From Spirochaetia bacterium (GTDB lineage: Bacteria > Spirochaetota > Spirochaetia > SP-2023), in assembly GCA_965263295.1 (NCBI GenBank), contig OZ253665.1, forward strand, positions 1,056,001-1,120,000: a stretch of 64,000 bases of DNA, written 5' to 3'. Below are positions 19,328 through 30,003 of this stretch, piece after piece. How positions within the stretch are numbered: the first letter of the stretch is position 1; every line of letters starts with the position of its first letter. A program made the translations under genes and the position numbers. The notes below the pieces were generated by a model. That model ran no database searches, was not told the DNA's origin, and saw nothing but the letters and a program-made list of their open reading frames with translations.

Positions 19328-20512
19328 CTAAGGCAGCAAGGATTCGTAGTTGAACAGCTCATTGCCCTGAAAAGGCTGGAACCTGTTTTCCATCAAGCTC
19401 CAATACAAAATCGTTGAACCTCCAGCCAGAGCATCTGCCGATGACGCGCCGGCGAGCTCCTGGTCCACGAGGTCTTCTTCATCCGCCTGCAATACCCAGA
19501 AACTTTGGTAGTAACCAATGGTATCGGCATTGGCCAAGCCCTTAAGTGGCTGTTCCGTATACAACAGACGATAACGGATATCATTGCAACGCCATTCCAT
19601 CGGCTGAATGCGATTAGGCGTCTCGTCAAGCCGGGGGCGCGCATTGCCTCCCAGCCATTTGCCATTCTTTCCGTAGTCCAGATTTTGGCGCCGGGCCAAG
19701 GGTAGCCGGCGAATAAGGGTCGGACTGTTTTGCTCTTCCAACTGTACCGACACGAGAAAATTATCCTTAAACTCAGCGCGAAAACTATGCAAACGAGGAA
19801 TTTCAAAGGGTTCAAATTGCAGGCGCACTAGCTCGGGATCCTGGCGTAGTTGCAGAATTTCACAGCTGATCTGGCTGCCCTTGCCGCCGGTATGGCTGAC
19901 AAAGATCAGTTCCTTGCGGCCATTATAATTGAGGTCCATGCTGTAAATCGCGATGTCATAGCCGCCCAAATAGTTACCCGTATTCCCCTCTTCTGTGCCC
20001 TCTCCTGCCGGAGCCGGAAACAGGTAACGACTTTGCCAACCGCCCGCGCCTTCAATCAAAAGCACAAAACTGCGAATAAAATTGCTGTCCGGCGCAAAGC
20101 GTTCGGCCGCGACAAACAGGTTCCAGCCATCGACATTCTGAATAGGTAGTATGCTGCGAAACTTGCCATTGAGTAATTGTTCCTGCATCAGCTTGCTGCC
20201 CGGTATTGCATAGCGGCGATAGCCGCCGCTAGTGGTCCGCACATGCAGATTTTCCGACACCAGACGCAGGCTCTTTATCGCCTGCAATTCAGGCTGTGAA
20301 AAATCATGGGTACTGTCCCAGGCATAATAGTCCTTCTCATCGCCGGGTGTTTGAAGGCTGGCGGCACAGGACTGCGGCAGTTCAACGGAGGCGGCAGCGT
20401 CTCCAAGCCTGCGAAGCTCGTTACTCTGGCAAGCCGCCGGCAATAGAAGCAAAACAGAAAATATTTTGAATGCTTTTAACAAATACTTCTGGAAATCGCG
20501 GGGCATCTTCAT
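19328..20512 (-). CDS. Hypothetical lipoprotein
   Basis: Basic N-terminus, hydrophobic core and LPAAC lipobox. 394-aa ORF heading the operon. Confidence 0.75.
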   Translation of the reverse strand: MKMPRDFQKYLLKAFKIFSVLLLLPAACQSNELRRLGDAAASVELPQSCAASLQTPGDEKDYYAWDSTHDFSQPELQAIKSLRLVSENLHVRTTSGGYRRYAIPGSKLMQEQLLNGKFRSILPIQNVDGWNLFVAAERFAPDSNFIRSFVLLIEGAGGWQSRYLFPAPAGEGTEEGNTGNYLGGYDIAIYSMDLNYNGRKELIFVSHTGGKGSQISCEILQLRQDPELVRLQFEPFEIPRLHSFRAEFKDNFLVSVQLEEQNSPTLIRRLPLARRQNLDYGKNGKWLGGNARPRLDETPNRIQPMEWRCNDIRYRLLYTEQPLKGLANADTIGYYQSFWVLQADEEDLVDQELAGASSADALAGGSTILYWSLMENRFQPFQGNELFNYESLLP

Positions 20513-20755
20513 GGCGAGGATTGTACAGCAAGCGCCGCATTTTTTTCTAGGCTTGGCATTTTCATTGTAAAAGACAAAACTTAAATGAAGTCAATTTTGT
20601 GCTCTACCAATTAAAAATTTTAAATATTTCTGCACAAAGCTCGTTGAATTTTTATAGGTCTAGCTCCTTTGTTTTACATTGCTTGCAGTGAAGCAAAATT
20701 ATGGCACAAATTGCGGAAAACGACTAAGATATGATGACCGTATTGAGGAGGAGCC

Positions 20756-21322
20756 ATGCATCAGATAATGTTTCGCGGCAAGCATGTGACTTTGGGTTCG
20801 TATGATGGCATTAGCACAAAAGAAATTTGTGCCATCTTGAATGATTTCGAAATACGCAAAAACATGCACCCCGGTGTACCCTTCCCTTTTACCGAAGCCG
20901 AGGAACAGGAATGGCTGGCCCAGAATATTTCGATGCGCAGCGACGCGCGATACACCTTTGCCGTGCGCAAGAATGAAGGTAGCGGCCAGTTAGGGCATTA
21001 CATAGGCGGCTGTGGGATCAACAAACTCGACTGGAAAAACTCGGTGGCGACTTTGGGCATTATGCTGCAGCGCAACTACCTGGGCAAAGGCTACGGCACA
21101 GAGGCGATGCAGCTATTATTGCGTTTTGTATTTGAAGAGATGAATATCAACAAGGCGGCTTTACAGGTTTTCAGTTTTAACCAGCGAGCCATTCGCAGCT
21201 ATGAGAAATGTGGCTTTGTGCAAGAAGGCTGTCTGCGCAGTGCGATTTTCCGCATGGGAACCTACCACGACGATATTTGCATGGGGTTGCTGCGGAGCGA
21301 GTGGCAAGCGGCCAAAGCCTAG
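20756..21322 (+). CDS. RimJ/RimL-type GNAT N-acetyltransferase
   Basis: GAGGAGG RBS, YLGKGYGTEAM and FNQRAIRSYEKCGFVQEG. Confidence 0.92.
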   Translation: MHQIMFRGKHVTLGSYDGISTKEICAILNDFEIRKNMHPGVPFPFTEAEEQEWLAQNISMRSDARYTFAVRKNEGSGQLGHYIGGCGINKLDWKNSVATLGIMLQRNYLGKGYGTEAMQLLLRFVFEEMNINKAALQVFSFNQRAIRSYEKCGFVQEGCLRSAIFRMGTYHDDICMGLLRSEWQAAKA

Positions 21323-21501
21323 AGTCCAACGGTGGCACTTAAGCACTAAATCTTGTTTTTTGCTTAAAATAACCGAAGCTCCACAGCGATTATCTGAAGG
21401 TGAGTGAAGTCGCCGGGGAATCAAATCAATTTAAGAGGTTTAGTTGAACTCCACATTTTTGACATTATGTCGCGCAAAAAATCGTTATAATCGCTAAAGC
21501 G

Positions 21502-21528
21502 AGCCAGGAGCCTAGGCTCCTGGCTTTT
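21502..21528. terminator. Perfect 24-bp palindrome, probable terminator between convergent genes
   Basis: agccaggagcctaggctcctggct followed by T-run. Confidence 0.6.
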
Positions 21529-21561
21529 AATATTGATAAAAAACTTGCCGACTGGCGCAGC

Positions 21562-23760
21562 TTACAACAGACTGTGCAACGCCGAAATGCTAGCCGTAGC
21601 GATGGCCACCATACTCATCAATTTGATCAAAATATTCAGACTTGGGCCCGAAGTATCTTTGAACGGGTCGCCTACGGTATCGCCAATGACCGCCGCCTTG
21701 TGGGCATTGGAACCCTTGCCGCCATATTCTCCCGTCTCAATATGTTTTTTGGCGTTATCCCAGGCGCCACCGGTATTAGCCATAAAAATCGCCAGTGTGA
21801 AACACGCACAAAGCGCACCGATCAATAGACCGAGTACAGCCCCCACTCCCAACAACCAACCAGTGGCAATCGGCGTAAGTACCGCAATGACTGCTGGCAA
21901 GAGCATTTCACGCTGTGCACCTTTGGTGGCGATAGTCACGCAATTGGCATAATCCGGCTTTCCCGTTCCCTCCATGATGCCTGGAATTTCGCGGAACTGG
22001 CGACGCACTTCGTCGACCATTAGCATCGCAGCGCGGCCTACGGCCTTCATCGTCAAACCGCAGAAATAAAATGCCGCAGCCGTGCCGACAAAGAAACCGA
22101 CCAAAGTCAGCGGATTCATAAAGCTAGCGCCAAAATAAGCCAATAACTGACTAAAGCTGGCCCGCAAAGTATCTACCGTTACTCCGTCAAGCTCAAGGCT
22201 CAGCACGCCATGGCTCAAAAGAACCTGGCGTACAGATTGCAGGTACGAAGCCAACAGGGCGAGAGCTGTCAACGCTGCCGAACCGATGGCGAAACCCTTG
22301 CCAATTGCTGCAGTCGTGTTGCCCAAAGAATCCAAGGCATCGGTGCGTTTGCGCACTTCCTTGTCCAGCCCGGCCATTTCGGCATTCCCACCGGCATTGT
22401 CGGCAATTGGCCCGTAAGCGTCCGAAGCCAAGGTGATGCCCAAAGTCGAGAGCATGCCCACCGCAGCGATACTGATGCCATAAAGGCCGTCAAGCACCCC
22501 CGTGGCATTAAACTGCCAGTCGGATACAATGCCAAAAGATAAAATAATACCGACACTGACCGTAATCACCGGCAGAACGGTAGAAATCATGCCATTGCCG
22601 ATACCATTAATAATCAAGGTAGCCGGATCCGAAGCCGCACTGGCCGCCAGGCGCTTTGTCGGCGTGTATTCATTGGAAGTGGCATACTCTGTGCCCTTGC
22701 CCACGACAATACCCACCAGTAGACCGATCAGCACGGCCAGGGAAATCTGCCACCAATTCTCCAGACCAATGAGAAACAACAAGAGGAAGACCCCCAACGA
22801 AGTCCCAATGGTGCTGAAATAAATGCCGCGGTCCAAAGCCCTCATCAGCTCCTTTTGTCCAGCCTCCGGGCGGCTGTGCACCATAAAAATACCAATGATT
22901 GACAACACAATACCCAAAGCGGCAATCAACAATGGCACCAAGGCCGCCTTCCACTGCATATCCAAGCCAGAATAAGCGATTACTCCCAGTGTCCCGGCCG
23001 CCAATATCGAGCCGACATAAGACTCAAACAAGTCGGCACCCATGCCGGCGACATCGCCGACATTGTCGCCGACATTGTCGGCAATCACCGCCGGGTTGCG
23101 CGGGTCATCCTCCGGAATACCTGCTTCGACCTTGCCGACCAGGTCTCCCCCCACGTCGGCCGCCTTGGTAAAAATTCCGCCGCCCACGCGTGCAAACAAG
23201 GCCTGCAGAGAGGCTCCCATGCCAAAAGTCAAAATCGTAGTGGTTAGAAAGCTGAAATCTTCAGAACTATCAATCGACGTCGTAGCGCTCAAGATCAGGT
23301 ACCACAGCGAAATCATCAGCAGGCCCAGTCCGACTACCACCAGGCCCATCACCCCGCCAGAACGAAAAGCTAGAGTAAGCCCGGAGTTCAAAGACTTTTG
23401 CGCGGCAGCCGCAGTTCGTGCCGAAGCCATCGTGGCCGTCTTCATGCCCCAATAGCCCGCCAATGCCGAAAATAATCCGCCACTGAGGAATATCAGTGGC
23501 GTCCACAAGCTAATGGCCGAAACCATAGCCGCAACTAAAAATAAAATCGCGATAACGACAAAGAATATCGCCATCACGCGGTATTGTTGGCGCAGATAGG
23601 CCATAGCCCCGAGGCGCACAGACTTCGCAATTTCCTTCATACGCTCCGTGCCCTCATCGTGCCGGGCAGACCATTGATATAATATAAAGGCCGTAGATAT
23701 TCCCGCCAGGGCACATAGAGGGATGAGCCAAAAGAATGGTGGAATTTGCATTATAGACAT
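21562..23760 (-). CDS. hppA: K+-dependent membrane (Na+/H+-translocating) pyrophosphatase
   Basis: [45 protein letters not shown] (Ala = K+-dependent) and [14 protein letters not shown]. Confidence 0.95.
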   Translation of the reverse strand: MSIMQIPPFFWLIPLCALAGISTAFILYQWSARHDEGTERMKEIAKSVRLGAMAYLRQQYRVMAIFFVVIAILFLVAAMVSAISLWTPLIFLSGGLFSALAGYWGMKTATMASARTAAAAQKSLNSGLTLAFRSGGVMGLVVVGLGLLMISLWYLILSATTSIDSSEDFSFLTTTILTFGMGASLQALFARVGGGIFTKAADVGGDLVGKVEAGIPEDDPRNPAVIADNVGDNVGDVAGMGADLFESYVGSILAAGTLGVIAYSGLDMQWKAALVPLLIAALGIVLSIIGIFMVHSRPEAGQKELMRALDRGIYFSTIGTSLGVFLLLFLIGLENWWQISLAVLIGLLVGIVVGKGTEYATSNEYTPTKRLAASAASDPATLIINGIGNGMISTVLPVITVSVGIILSFGIVSDWQFNATGVLDGLYGISIAAVGMLSTLGITLASDAYGPIADNAGGNAEMAGLDKEVRKRTDALDSLGNTTAAIGKGFAIGSAALTALALLASYLQSVRQVLLSHGVLSLELDGVTVDTLRASFSQLLAYFGASFMNPLTLVGFFVGTAAAFYFCGLTMKAVGRAAMLMVDEVRRQFREIPGIMEGTGKPDYANCVTIATKGAQREMLLPAVIAVLTPIATGWLLGVGAVLGLLIGALCACFTLAIFMANTGGAWDNAKKHIETGEYGGKGSNAHKAAVIGDTVGDPFKDTSGPSLNILIKLMSMVAIATASISALHSLL

Positions 23761-24125
23761 AGATGGACTCCTTGAATTGTAATTAGCTTATACATTAACA
23801 TAAACATCTGAAATGGCAACTAGTTAGCACCCCAATATATTGAGGTTTACTTTTCTATGCAAACGTTTGACTGCATTTATTCTGAATGAATCTTAAGAAA
23901 CTTCAAGAGCAGCTACCATCCTAAAAATATCATAAAAAAGATATCAGCCCATTTTTGCCAATAAACTATTTGTTTTAGTTGTCTCACAAGAATCATGGCA
24001 ATATTTTGACGCCTTTTGACGCCTGTGGAAAGCCGCAATTAAGCTTCCCTCCATGCATAAAAATACGGGCAAGTTCGCGGCCTTACGCCCTCAATTTTGA
24101 GGAAGTCCCTAAAGAAATATTAAAA

Positions 24126-25511
24126 CTACAGAGAAGCGCGAATCTGTAGAATACAATCGGCCGCCCGCCCACCCGCCTCGCCCGGATGCTGGAATACATA
24201 ACGGCGCAGCTCCGCTAGTTTGCGGCGGAATTCCCCAGACTCCACAGCATCCATACTTTGTCGCAATACAGAATCTAAGCGCCCGATATCGCCCGCATCA
24301 AAGACAGTGCCAAGTTCGCGGCCAGCCCGAATCACCCAAGGTTCGCGCGGCAGTAAATCCATAGCATCATAACCGTCATAATTAAAATCAAATTCGGCAA
24401 TCAACACAGGTCTTGCCATCAAGATCAGGTAGTCATAAATCACCGATGAAAAATCCGAAATCATAGCATCCGCAGCCAGGAAAGAATGGACATTTTCGCG
24501 CTCAAAATCCCAATGAACTGGGGCTAAGCGTTGGGCCGCACAGTAGTCACCGAGCTGCAGCCGCAAATCTCGCAGCAGTTCTCCCTCAGAGAAGGTACTT
24601 TGTGGGTGGGGGCGCACAATCAGTTGGTACCCACTATCCAAGAGCGGGCCCAACAGCCTCATACCAAATTTGGCGAGCAGGCCGTTGGGGCCCCAAGATG
24701 GGGCTACGAGTAAACGAGTGGGGGCGGCAGGCCCTTCTTTTGGCGTTTTAGTCGCGATCCCAGCAGTCTGCCGCAAGACGTCCAGTTTCTGTTGCAAAAC
24801 ATCGAGGTAGGTACAACCCACAATATATTTTTGTTTGCGGGCAATATTTCGCAATGACTCTAAAGCTTCTATGACTTCAAGCTGATGTTCCCCCGAAAGC
24901 AATACGGAATCAAAATAATCCGTGCCAAAGACGCGGTAAGTGCTGCAGTCATCCAAGGCATGGATAATATGGCAATAATGTTTCACCCTCTTTGAACGCC
25001 GGACATGCAGCACATCCAAGCCTGGCGCAGTCATCACACAGACATCGGCCTTTAGAGTGTTCATCTGCGCAAAGGCCGTGTACCCCTTGCCGATAAAGCG
25101 AACTTCAACGTGGCGAAAACCCATACCCGCAGCCGGGTCCTCGGGATCCATGGTCCAGTAGGCCGCGGCAACCCGCCGACGCTCCAATTCGGCGAGAATG
25201 GGTGCAAAGCAATTCCAATACTGCTTGCCCTCAGAAAAGAACACAATACTTTGGGAAGCCAGAGTAGCCGCGGCAGCTTGAGGCGTGACGGTCTGAGCCG
25301 CCATGCGCCCCAGCAGGCCAGCGATTTTAACGCGCAAAGTGAACATGGCGCTGCGCAGGGTAAAATACGCGGTGGAGACAAAGCCGAGCACGGCAGAAAA
25401 TAGCATGCTGCCCGTACCCGGATCCAAATACGCCGCCAGAGCTTGCGGCAACAGGGCCCAAATGACGACAAAGTTATACAGATTGCAGACTGTGCGCAGA
25501 GAAAACTTCAT
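24126..25511 (-). CDS. CDP-glycerol:glycerophosphate/polyol-phosphate transferase family (TagF/TagB-like) with N-terminal YLDPGTGS segment
   Basis: LLVAPSWG, VRPHP and ADAMISDFSSVIYDY. Start uncertain (25511 or 25586). Confidence 0.8.
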   Translation of the reverse strand: MKFSLRTVCNLYNFVVIWALLPQALAAYLDPGTGSMLFSAVLGFVSTAYFTLRSAMFTLRVKIAGLLGRMAAQTVTPQAAAATLASQSIVFFSEGKQYWNCFAPILAELERRRVAAAYWTMDPEDPAAGMGFRHVEVRFIGKGYTAFAQMNTLKADVCVMTAPGLDVLHVRRSKRVKHYCHIIHALDDCSTYRVFGTDYFDSVLLSGEHQLEVIEALESLRNIARKQKYIVGCTYLDVLQQKLDVLRQTAGIATKTPKEGPAAPTRLLVAPSWGPNGLLAKFGMRLLGPLLDSGYQLIVRPHPQSTFSEGELLRDLRLQLGDYCAAQRLAPVHWDFERENVHSFLAADAMISDFSSVIYDYLILMARPVLIAEFDFNYDGYDAMDLLPREPWVIRAGRELGTVFDAGDIGRLDSVLRQSMDAVESGEFRRKLAELRRYVFQHPGEAGGRAADCILQIRASL

Positions 25512-25617
25512 AGCCTTAACACTCCAAACTGCATTCCCGACTGAATTCCCAAACAAAATGGGAAAGCGCCGCCACAAATTCCGCAAAATTGCGCCAGCTG
25601 CAATTCAAGCAAAGCCG

Positions 25618-26367
25618 TCAAAAAACAAAGCCCAGGCGATCTAGAGCCAAAAGCATTCTAGCCCAATAATAATTTTCGGCCAGTTCCGACTTAGGCTCAA
25701 CTTGCCAACTCGGATTAGCTTCAGTCGGGTAATGTCGGTGCAGGGCAAAACCCCGCACCTTCCACTCGCGCCAGAATCTTCCAGCGTCATTGTCAGAACC
25801 ATTGCCATTGCGAGAGCCATTGCTATGGCCCGCGCAGTGGCAATCCACTAGGTCGGCCCATTCCATCTCCAGTTCGGGCCAGCTGACCCAGCGCAAGGCG
25901 CTAACTTCATCCAGCTGTAAAGAAAATGTATCGATATCGAAGGCGAGTGGCAACTGCGCCAGGTAAACATGTTGCCATTCGCAATCAATTAGAGCGTTTT
26001 CATAGCGCCCAAAATACGGCATGCGAAAGAGGAACTGCAAGGCCGAAGCCGCGAGATCGCAGCCTAATTCCTCCTTGAGTTCGCGCAGGGCCCCCTCTTC
26101 AATCGTTTCTCCGTAGCTGACATGCCCCGCGACAGAGACATCCCAGCAGCTAGGAAAGTTGTCTTTCTGTGGAGAACGCAGCTGCAATAGCCACTCAGGA
26201 TCAGATTCGCCGCCCTTTTCAACTTGGCGCCACAGCCAGATCTGAGCCGTCGGATGCCATAAACCCTGCCGATGAACGGCACTCTTGGGCGCCCACTTAC
26301 CGCTGTCAAAACCCGTTGCCGACCATATCGGCAAGATTTCCTCAGAATCGGCAAGGATTTGCGACAT
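25618..26367 (-). CDS. NUDIX hydrolase (IPP-isomerase/YfcD-like)
   Basis: VHRQGLWH, LLQLRSPQK and Nudix box GHVSYGETIEEGALRELKEELG. Confidence 0.88.
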   Translation of the reverse strand: MSQILADSEEILPIWSATGFDSGKWAPKSAVHRQGLWHPTAQIWLWRQVEKGGESDPEWLLQLRSPQKDNFPSCWDVSVAGHVSYGETIEEGALRELKEELGCDLAASALQFLFRMPYFGRYENALIDCEWQHVYLAQLPLAFDIDTFSLQLDEVSALRWVSWPELEMEWADLVDCHCAGHSNGSRNGNGSDNDAGRFWREWKVRGFALHRHYPTEANPSWQVEPKSELAENYYWARMLLALDRLGFVF

Positions 26368-26397
26368 GAGACAAGCTGCTGAATGCGGGTTAAAGCG

Positions 26398-27411
26398 CTA
26401 AACTTTCTTTAAATATTTTTGCGTATCAAAGGCGACCGCCGCGACAATAATTACCCCTTTGATAATATATTGATAAAATACATCCAGTCCCAGGAAGATC
26501 ATGCCATAAGTGATAATTGTAAACAGCAAGACGCCCACCACAGCCCCTGAAATTCGACCGACACCGCCACTGAATGAAATGCCTCCGACCACACAGGCCG
26601 CAATGGCATCCAGCTCATAGCCAAAGCCGGTGGAATTGGTCGCGCTACCGATGCGCGCAGCTTCCAGAAAGCCGCCGAAGCCGTAGAGTAAGCCGCCCAG
26701 AACGTAAACCCAAAATATCGTTCCAACGACATTCACACCCGAAACATGCGCCGCCTCCGGATTGCCGCCGACTGCGTACATATTGCGACCAAACTTGGTC
26801 TTATTCCACAAAAACCACATTAATACCGTTACCATTGCAGCATAAATCACCAGATGTGGCACATATAATGTAGAGCCATTGACAAATTCGGAATAACGGG
26901 GGTCCAGACTGCCAATCGGCTGGGCCCCATGTGGTTGCGCGGCAAAATAGATGGAGAGTATGCCATAAATCACGACCTGTGAACCCATGGTCACGATAAA
27001 GGGATGCACCTTGTAAATTGCGTGGACCAAGCCATTAACTGCGCTAAATGCGGCGCAAACGATCATGGCAATCAATATTGGCAAAATCAAAGGCAAGACC
27101 GGCAGATCGGGAAAGAAGCGGCCCAAATAATCCGGTTTTTGCAATAAGGAGGCCGATATCACCGCCGCCATGCCAACCGTTCGCCCCAGCGACAAATCCG
27201 TGCCTTGTAATACGATGATACCCGCCACACCGAAGGCCAAAATTAAGCGGACAGAAGATTGTACCAAAATGTTGCGAAAAACATTAATTGAAACAAAGTG
27301 TGGTTCAAAAGCCACTATCAGGATAATCAGTAGTGCCATTACAACATAAATGGCGTTATTAATTAATATATGCTTCCAGGAAGCTAGGCCTTTTTTTGAA
27401 GAATCTCCCAT
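26398..27411 (-). CDS. mglC: Galactose/methyl-galactoside ABC permease
   Basis: GTDLSLGR, FGRNMYAVGGNPEAA and YELDAIAACVVGG. Confidence 0.93.
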   Translation of the reverse strand: MGDSSKKGLASWKHILINNAIYVVMALLIILIVAFEPHFVSINVFRNILVQSSVRLILAFGVAGIIVLQGTDLSLGRTVGMAAVISASLLQKPDYLGRFFPDLPVLPLILPILIAMIVCAAFSAVNGLVHAIYKVHPFIVTMGSQVVIYGILSIYFAAQPHGAQPIGSLDPRYSEFVNGSTLYVPHLVIYAAMVTVLMWFLWNKTKFGRNMYAVGGNPEAAHVSGVNVVGTIFWVYVLGGLLYGFGGFLEAARIGSATNSTGFGYELDAIAACVVGGISFSGGVGRISGAVVGVLLFTIITYGMIFLGLDVFYQYIIKGVIIVAAVAFDTQKYLKKV

Positions 27412-27426
27412 CTCAACTCCCAAAGC

Positions 27427-28926
27427 TTATAAATATTTTGTTGCCAGAGTAAGAATCTCATGCTGATTTGTATTCTGCGTTTCGACGATATCAGCCAGGT
27501 AACCATTGCTCATTACCATCATTCGATCTGTGATTCCCAGTAGTTCAGGCATCTCCGATGACACCATAATCACGGACTTGCCCGCTTCCGCCAACTTGAT
27601 AATCAACTGATAAATCTCAAACTTGGCTCCAACATCAATCCCTCGTGTCGGTTCGTCCAGCAGCAAGACATCCGGATTGAGCAACAACCAACGACCCAAA
27701 ATCACTTTCTGCTGATTCCCGCCACTCAGTTCATATATCAGACTCTTTTGACTAGCCGCTTTGATTTTCAAGCTTTTCATTTGTGCATCAGTATCTTTTC
27801 TCATGCCCGCTAAATTTAAAATACCCGCCTTCTTGGCATACGATGAAAGGTTTGCAACTGTTATATTAGCATTTAAATCTGACATCGCAAATATACCGTT
27901 GGCCCGGCGCTCTTCTGTTACAAGTATAAAACCATTTTTAATAGATTTCTGGGGCGTCGAATTGTCAATTTCTTCTCCCTTATAATAAATGCTTCCGCTT
28001 TGCTTTTGTCGCAAACCAAAAATTAATTCGAGCAACTCTGTGCGGCGCGCGCCAATTAATCCATATAAACCAAGGATTTCCCCCTTGAGCAACTTAAAGC
28101 TGACATCGTTGACTCTAGGCGCATATTCACTCATCATGTGATTAAATTCTAAAAGCACTTCACCGGGAACATTCGTCTTGGGCGGAAATCGATGAGTCAA
28201 ATCACGGCCGACCATCAACTTGATAATTTTGTCCATATCCAGATCGGCAACCGGATAAGTCCCCTCATATTCTCCATCGCGCATGATGGTGACGTCATCT
28301 GAGATGCGAAAAATCTCGTCCATCTTGTGTGAAATATAAATGATACTACAGCCATTTTGCTTCAGGGTTTCAATAATTTCAAACAATTTCTCTACTTCGT
28401 GTTCGGTCAAGGACGAAGTAGGTTCATCTAAAACAATGAGTTTCGCATCATACGAGACGGCCTTGGCAATCTCAATCATCTGTCGCTGCGACACCGAAAG
28501 GTTGACCAATTTTACATTTAGATCGACCTGAATCCCCAAACGATCAAACAGATCCCGGGTATCACGGCGCATTTTCCTCTCGTCGACAACTCCCAGTTTG
28601 CCTGGGTAGCGACCGAGCCAAATATTGTCGACAACATTCCGCTGCAAGACTTGGTTCAACTCTTGGTGCACCATTGAGACACCGTGCTGCAGGGCATTAT
28701 GGGCATCTGTAAAATTAAACTCTTCACCATTGAGAAAGAACTGCCCCGTATCCTGCTTGTAAATGCCAAACAAGCACTTCATCAAAGTAGACTTGCCGGC
28801 TCCGTTCTCCCCCATCAAGGAGTGAACTGTAGCCGGCCTTACGTTGAGGGATACATTTTTAAGAACCCGCACACCCGCAAAGGATTTGCTGATGTTCTTC
28901 ATACTCAATAGGTATTCCGCCCTCAT
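27427..28926 (-). CDS. mglA: Galactose/methyl-galactoside ABC ATPase
   Basis: GENGAGKSTLMKCLFGIY, two ABC domains and LSGGNQQK. Confidence 0.95.
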   Translation of the reverse strand: MRAEYLLSMKNISKSFAGVRVLKNVSLNVRPATVHSLMGENGAGKSTLMKCLFGIYKQDTGQFFLNGEEFNFTDAHNALQHGVSMVHQELNQVLQRNVVDNIWLGRYPGKLGVVDERKMRRDTRDLFDRLGIQVDLNVKLVNLSVSQRQMIEIAKAVSYDAKLIVLDEPTSSLTEHEVEKLFEIIETLKQNGCSIIYISHKMDEIFRISDDVTIMRDGEYEGTYPVADLDMDKIIKLMVGRDLTHRFPPKTNVPGEVLLEFNHMMSEYAPRVNDVSFKLLKGEILGLYGLIGARRTELLELIFGLRQKQSGSIYYKGEEIDNSTPQKSIKNGFILVTEERRANGIFAMSDLNANITVANLSSYAKKAGILNLAGMRKDTDAQMKSLKIKAASQKSLIYELSGGNQQKVILGRWLLLNPDVLLLDEPTRGIDVGAKFEIYQLIIKLAEAGKSVIMVSSEMPELLGITDRMMVMSNGYLADIVETQNTNQHEILTLATKYL

Positions 28927-28945
28927 ATTGCCTGGAGCCTCCAAA

Positions 28946-28992
28946 GACAAAGAAAAGAGCTCTGTATTTTATTGCGAGCTCTTTTCTTTGTC
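28946..28992 (-). terminator. 17-bp perfect stem-loop between mglB and mglA (mRNA stabiliser / partial terminator)
   Basis: gacaaagaaaagagctc-N13-gagctcttttctttgtc. Confidence 0.75.
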
Positions 28993-29004
28993 AATTCATG
29001 GAAA

Positions 29005-30003
29005 TTATTTTCCTACAGCAACATAGGGGACACGTACGGCCTTTGAGTCGTCGCTTTCCAATTCCCACTCTGTACCTTCAGTAGGAGCCTTGCCCTGAGC
29101 GACATTCACGGCCAGCTCAATCACAGCACGAGCCTGGTTCTTCCCGTCATTTAAAACAGTACCATTCATTTTACCTTCTTTAATCAGTTGCAAAGCCTGC
29201 TCCAAAGCATCGACACCGTAGATTGGCAGTCGAACATCGGCCGCATCCATGGCCGTAATGGCACCGAAAGCCATACCATCATTGTTGGCAATAACCATTT
29301 CGATGTCTTGGCCGAAGCTGGAAGTCAACCAAGCAGCCATAGTGTCATTGCCGAACTGGGTAGACCATGTCGGATCAGCCTGTAAAGCCAGTTCCTGGAC
29401 CTGAATGCCAGCAGCCTGAATAGCGGCAACAGATTCTGTCGTCCGTGCCTCAGCGTCTGGATGGCCCGGCTCACCTTTCAACATAACATACTGCATCACA
29501 CCATCGCCATTGCGATCCCATTCAGGGTTTGCCTGCCAGTCCTGGGCAATCATCTGACCTTGCAGGACCCCGGATTCGGCAGAGTTGGTGCCAACGTACC
29601 ACACTTTGTCGTACATGTTCATTACACCCGCTTCAGTAGGTTCTTTGTTGTAAAAGATCAACGGAATATCTGCAGACTTAGCCTTTTCAACAATAGTACG
29701 GGCTGAAGCCGGATCGACCAGATTTACCGCCAGGACCTGTAATCCTTTATTGATAAAAATATCTACTTGGTCGTTTTGCTTGGCCTGCTGATTTTCAGAG
29801 TCCACAACAGTCAGATTTACTTTATGCTGGGCTGCATATTCCTTCAGCGCTGGGGCCACAACACCATTCATAAAGTTGTCACCAAAACTGTAAATAGTAG
29901 CGCCCATCTGCACACCCCCTGAGCTGCTACCTCGAGCACTAAGCGAGATGGTACTGGCAACTAATGTTATAGCAACAAGTAGAACAAAATTAATTTTCTT
30001 CAT
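29005..30003 (-). CDS. mglB: Galactose/glucose-binding periplasmic protein
   Basis: Signal peptide, DNFM, KQNDQVD, KGEPGHPDAEART, ANNDGMA and GTVLND. Confidence 0.94.
   Translation of the reverse strand: MKKINFVLLVAITLVASTISLSARGSSSGGVQMGATIYSFGDNFMNGVVAPALKEYAAQHKVNLTVVDSENQQAKQNDQVDIFINKGLQVLAVNLVDPASARTIVEKAKSADIPLIFYNKEPTEAGVMNMYDKVWYVGTNSAESGVLQGQMIAQDWQANPEWDRNGDGVMQYVMLKGEPGHPDAEARTTESVAAIQAAGIQVQELALQADPTWSTQFGNDTMAAWLTSSFGQDIEMVIANNDGMAFGAITAMDAADVRLPIYGVDALEQALQLIKEGKMNGTVLNDGKNQARAVIELAVNVAQGKAPTEGTEWELESDDSKAVRVPYVAVGK

Noticed and set aside
7572..20149. Many 60-230 aa shadow ORFs in the GC-rich region
   Set aside because: They are antisense or out-of-frame overlaps of well-supported genes, expected where stop codons are scarce.
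23858..23871. LacI-like operator tgcaaacgtttgac upstream of hppA
   Set aside because: A single 10-bp palindrome with no second copy seen (including upstream of mglB); could be chance.
23761..24125. Riboswitch in the hppA leader (also looked upstream of folD)
   Set aside because: No recognisable aptamer consensus by eye; an Rfam/Infernal scan would be needed to exclude one.
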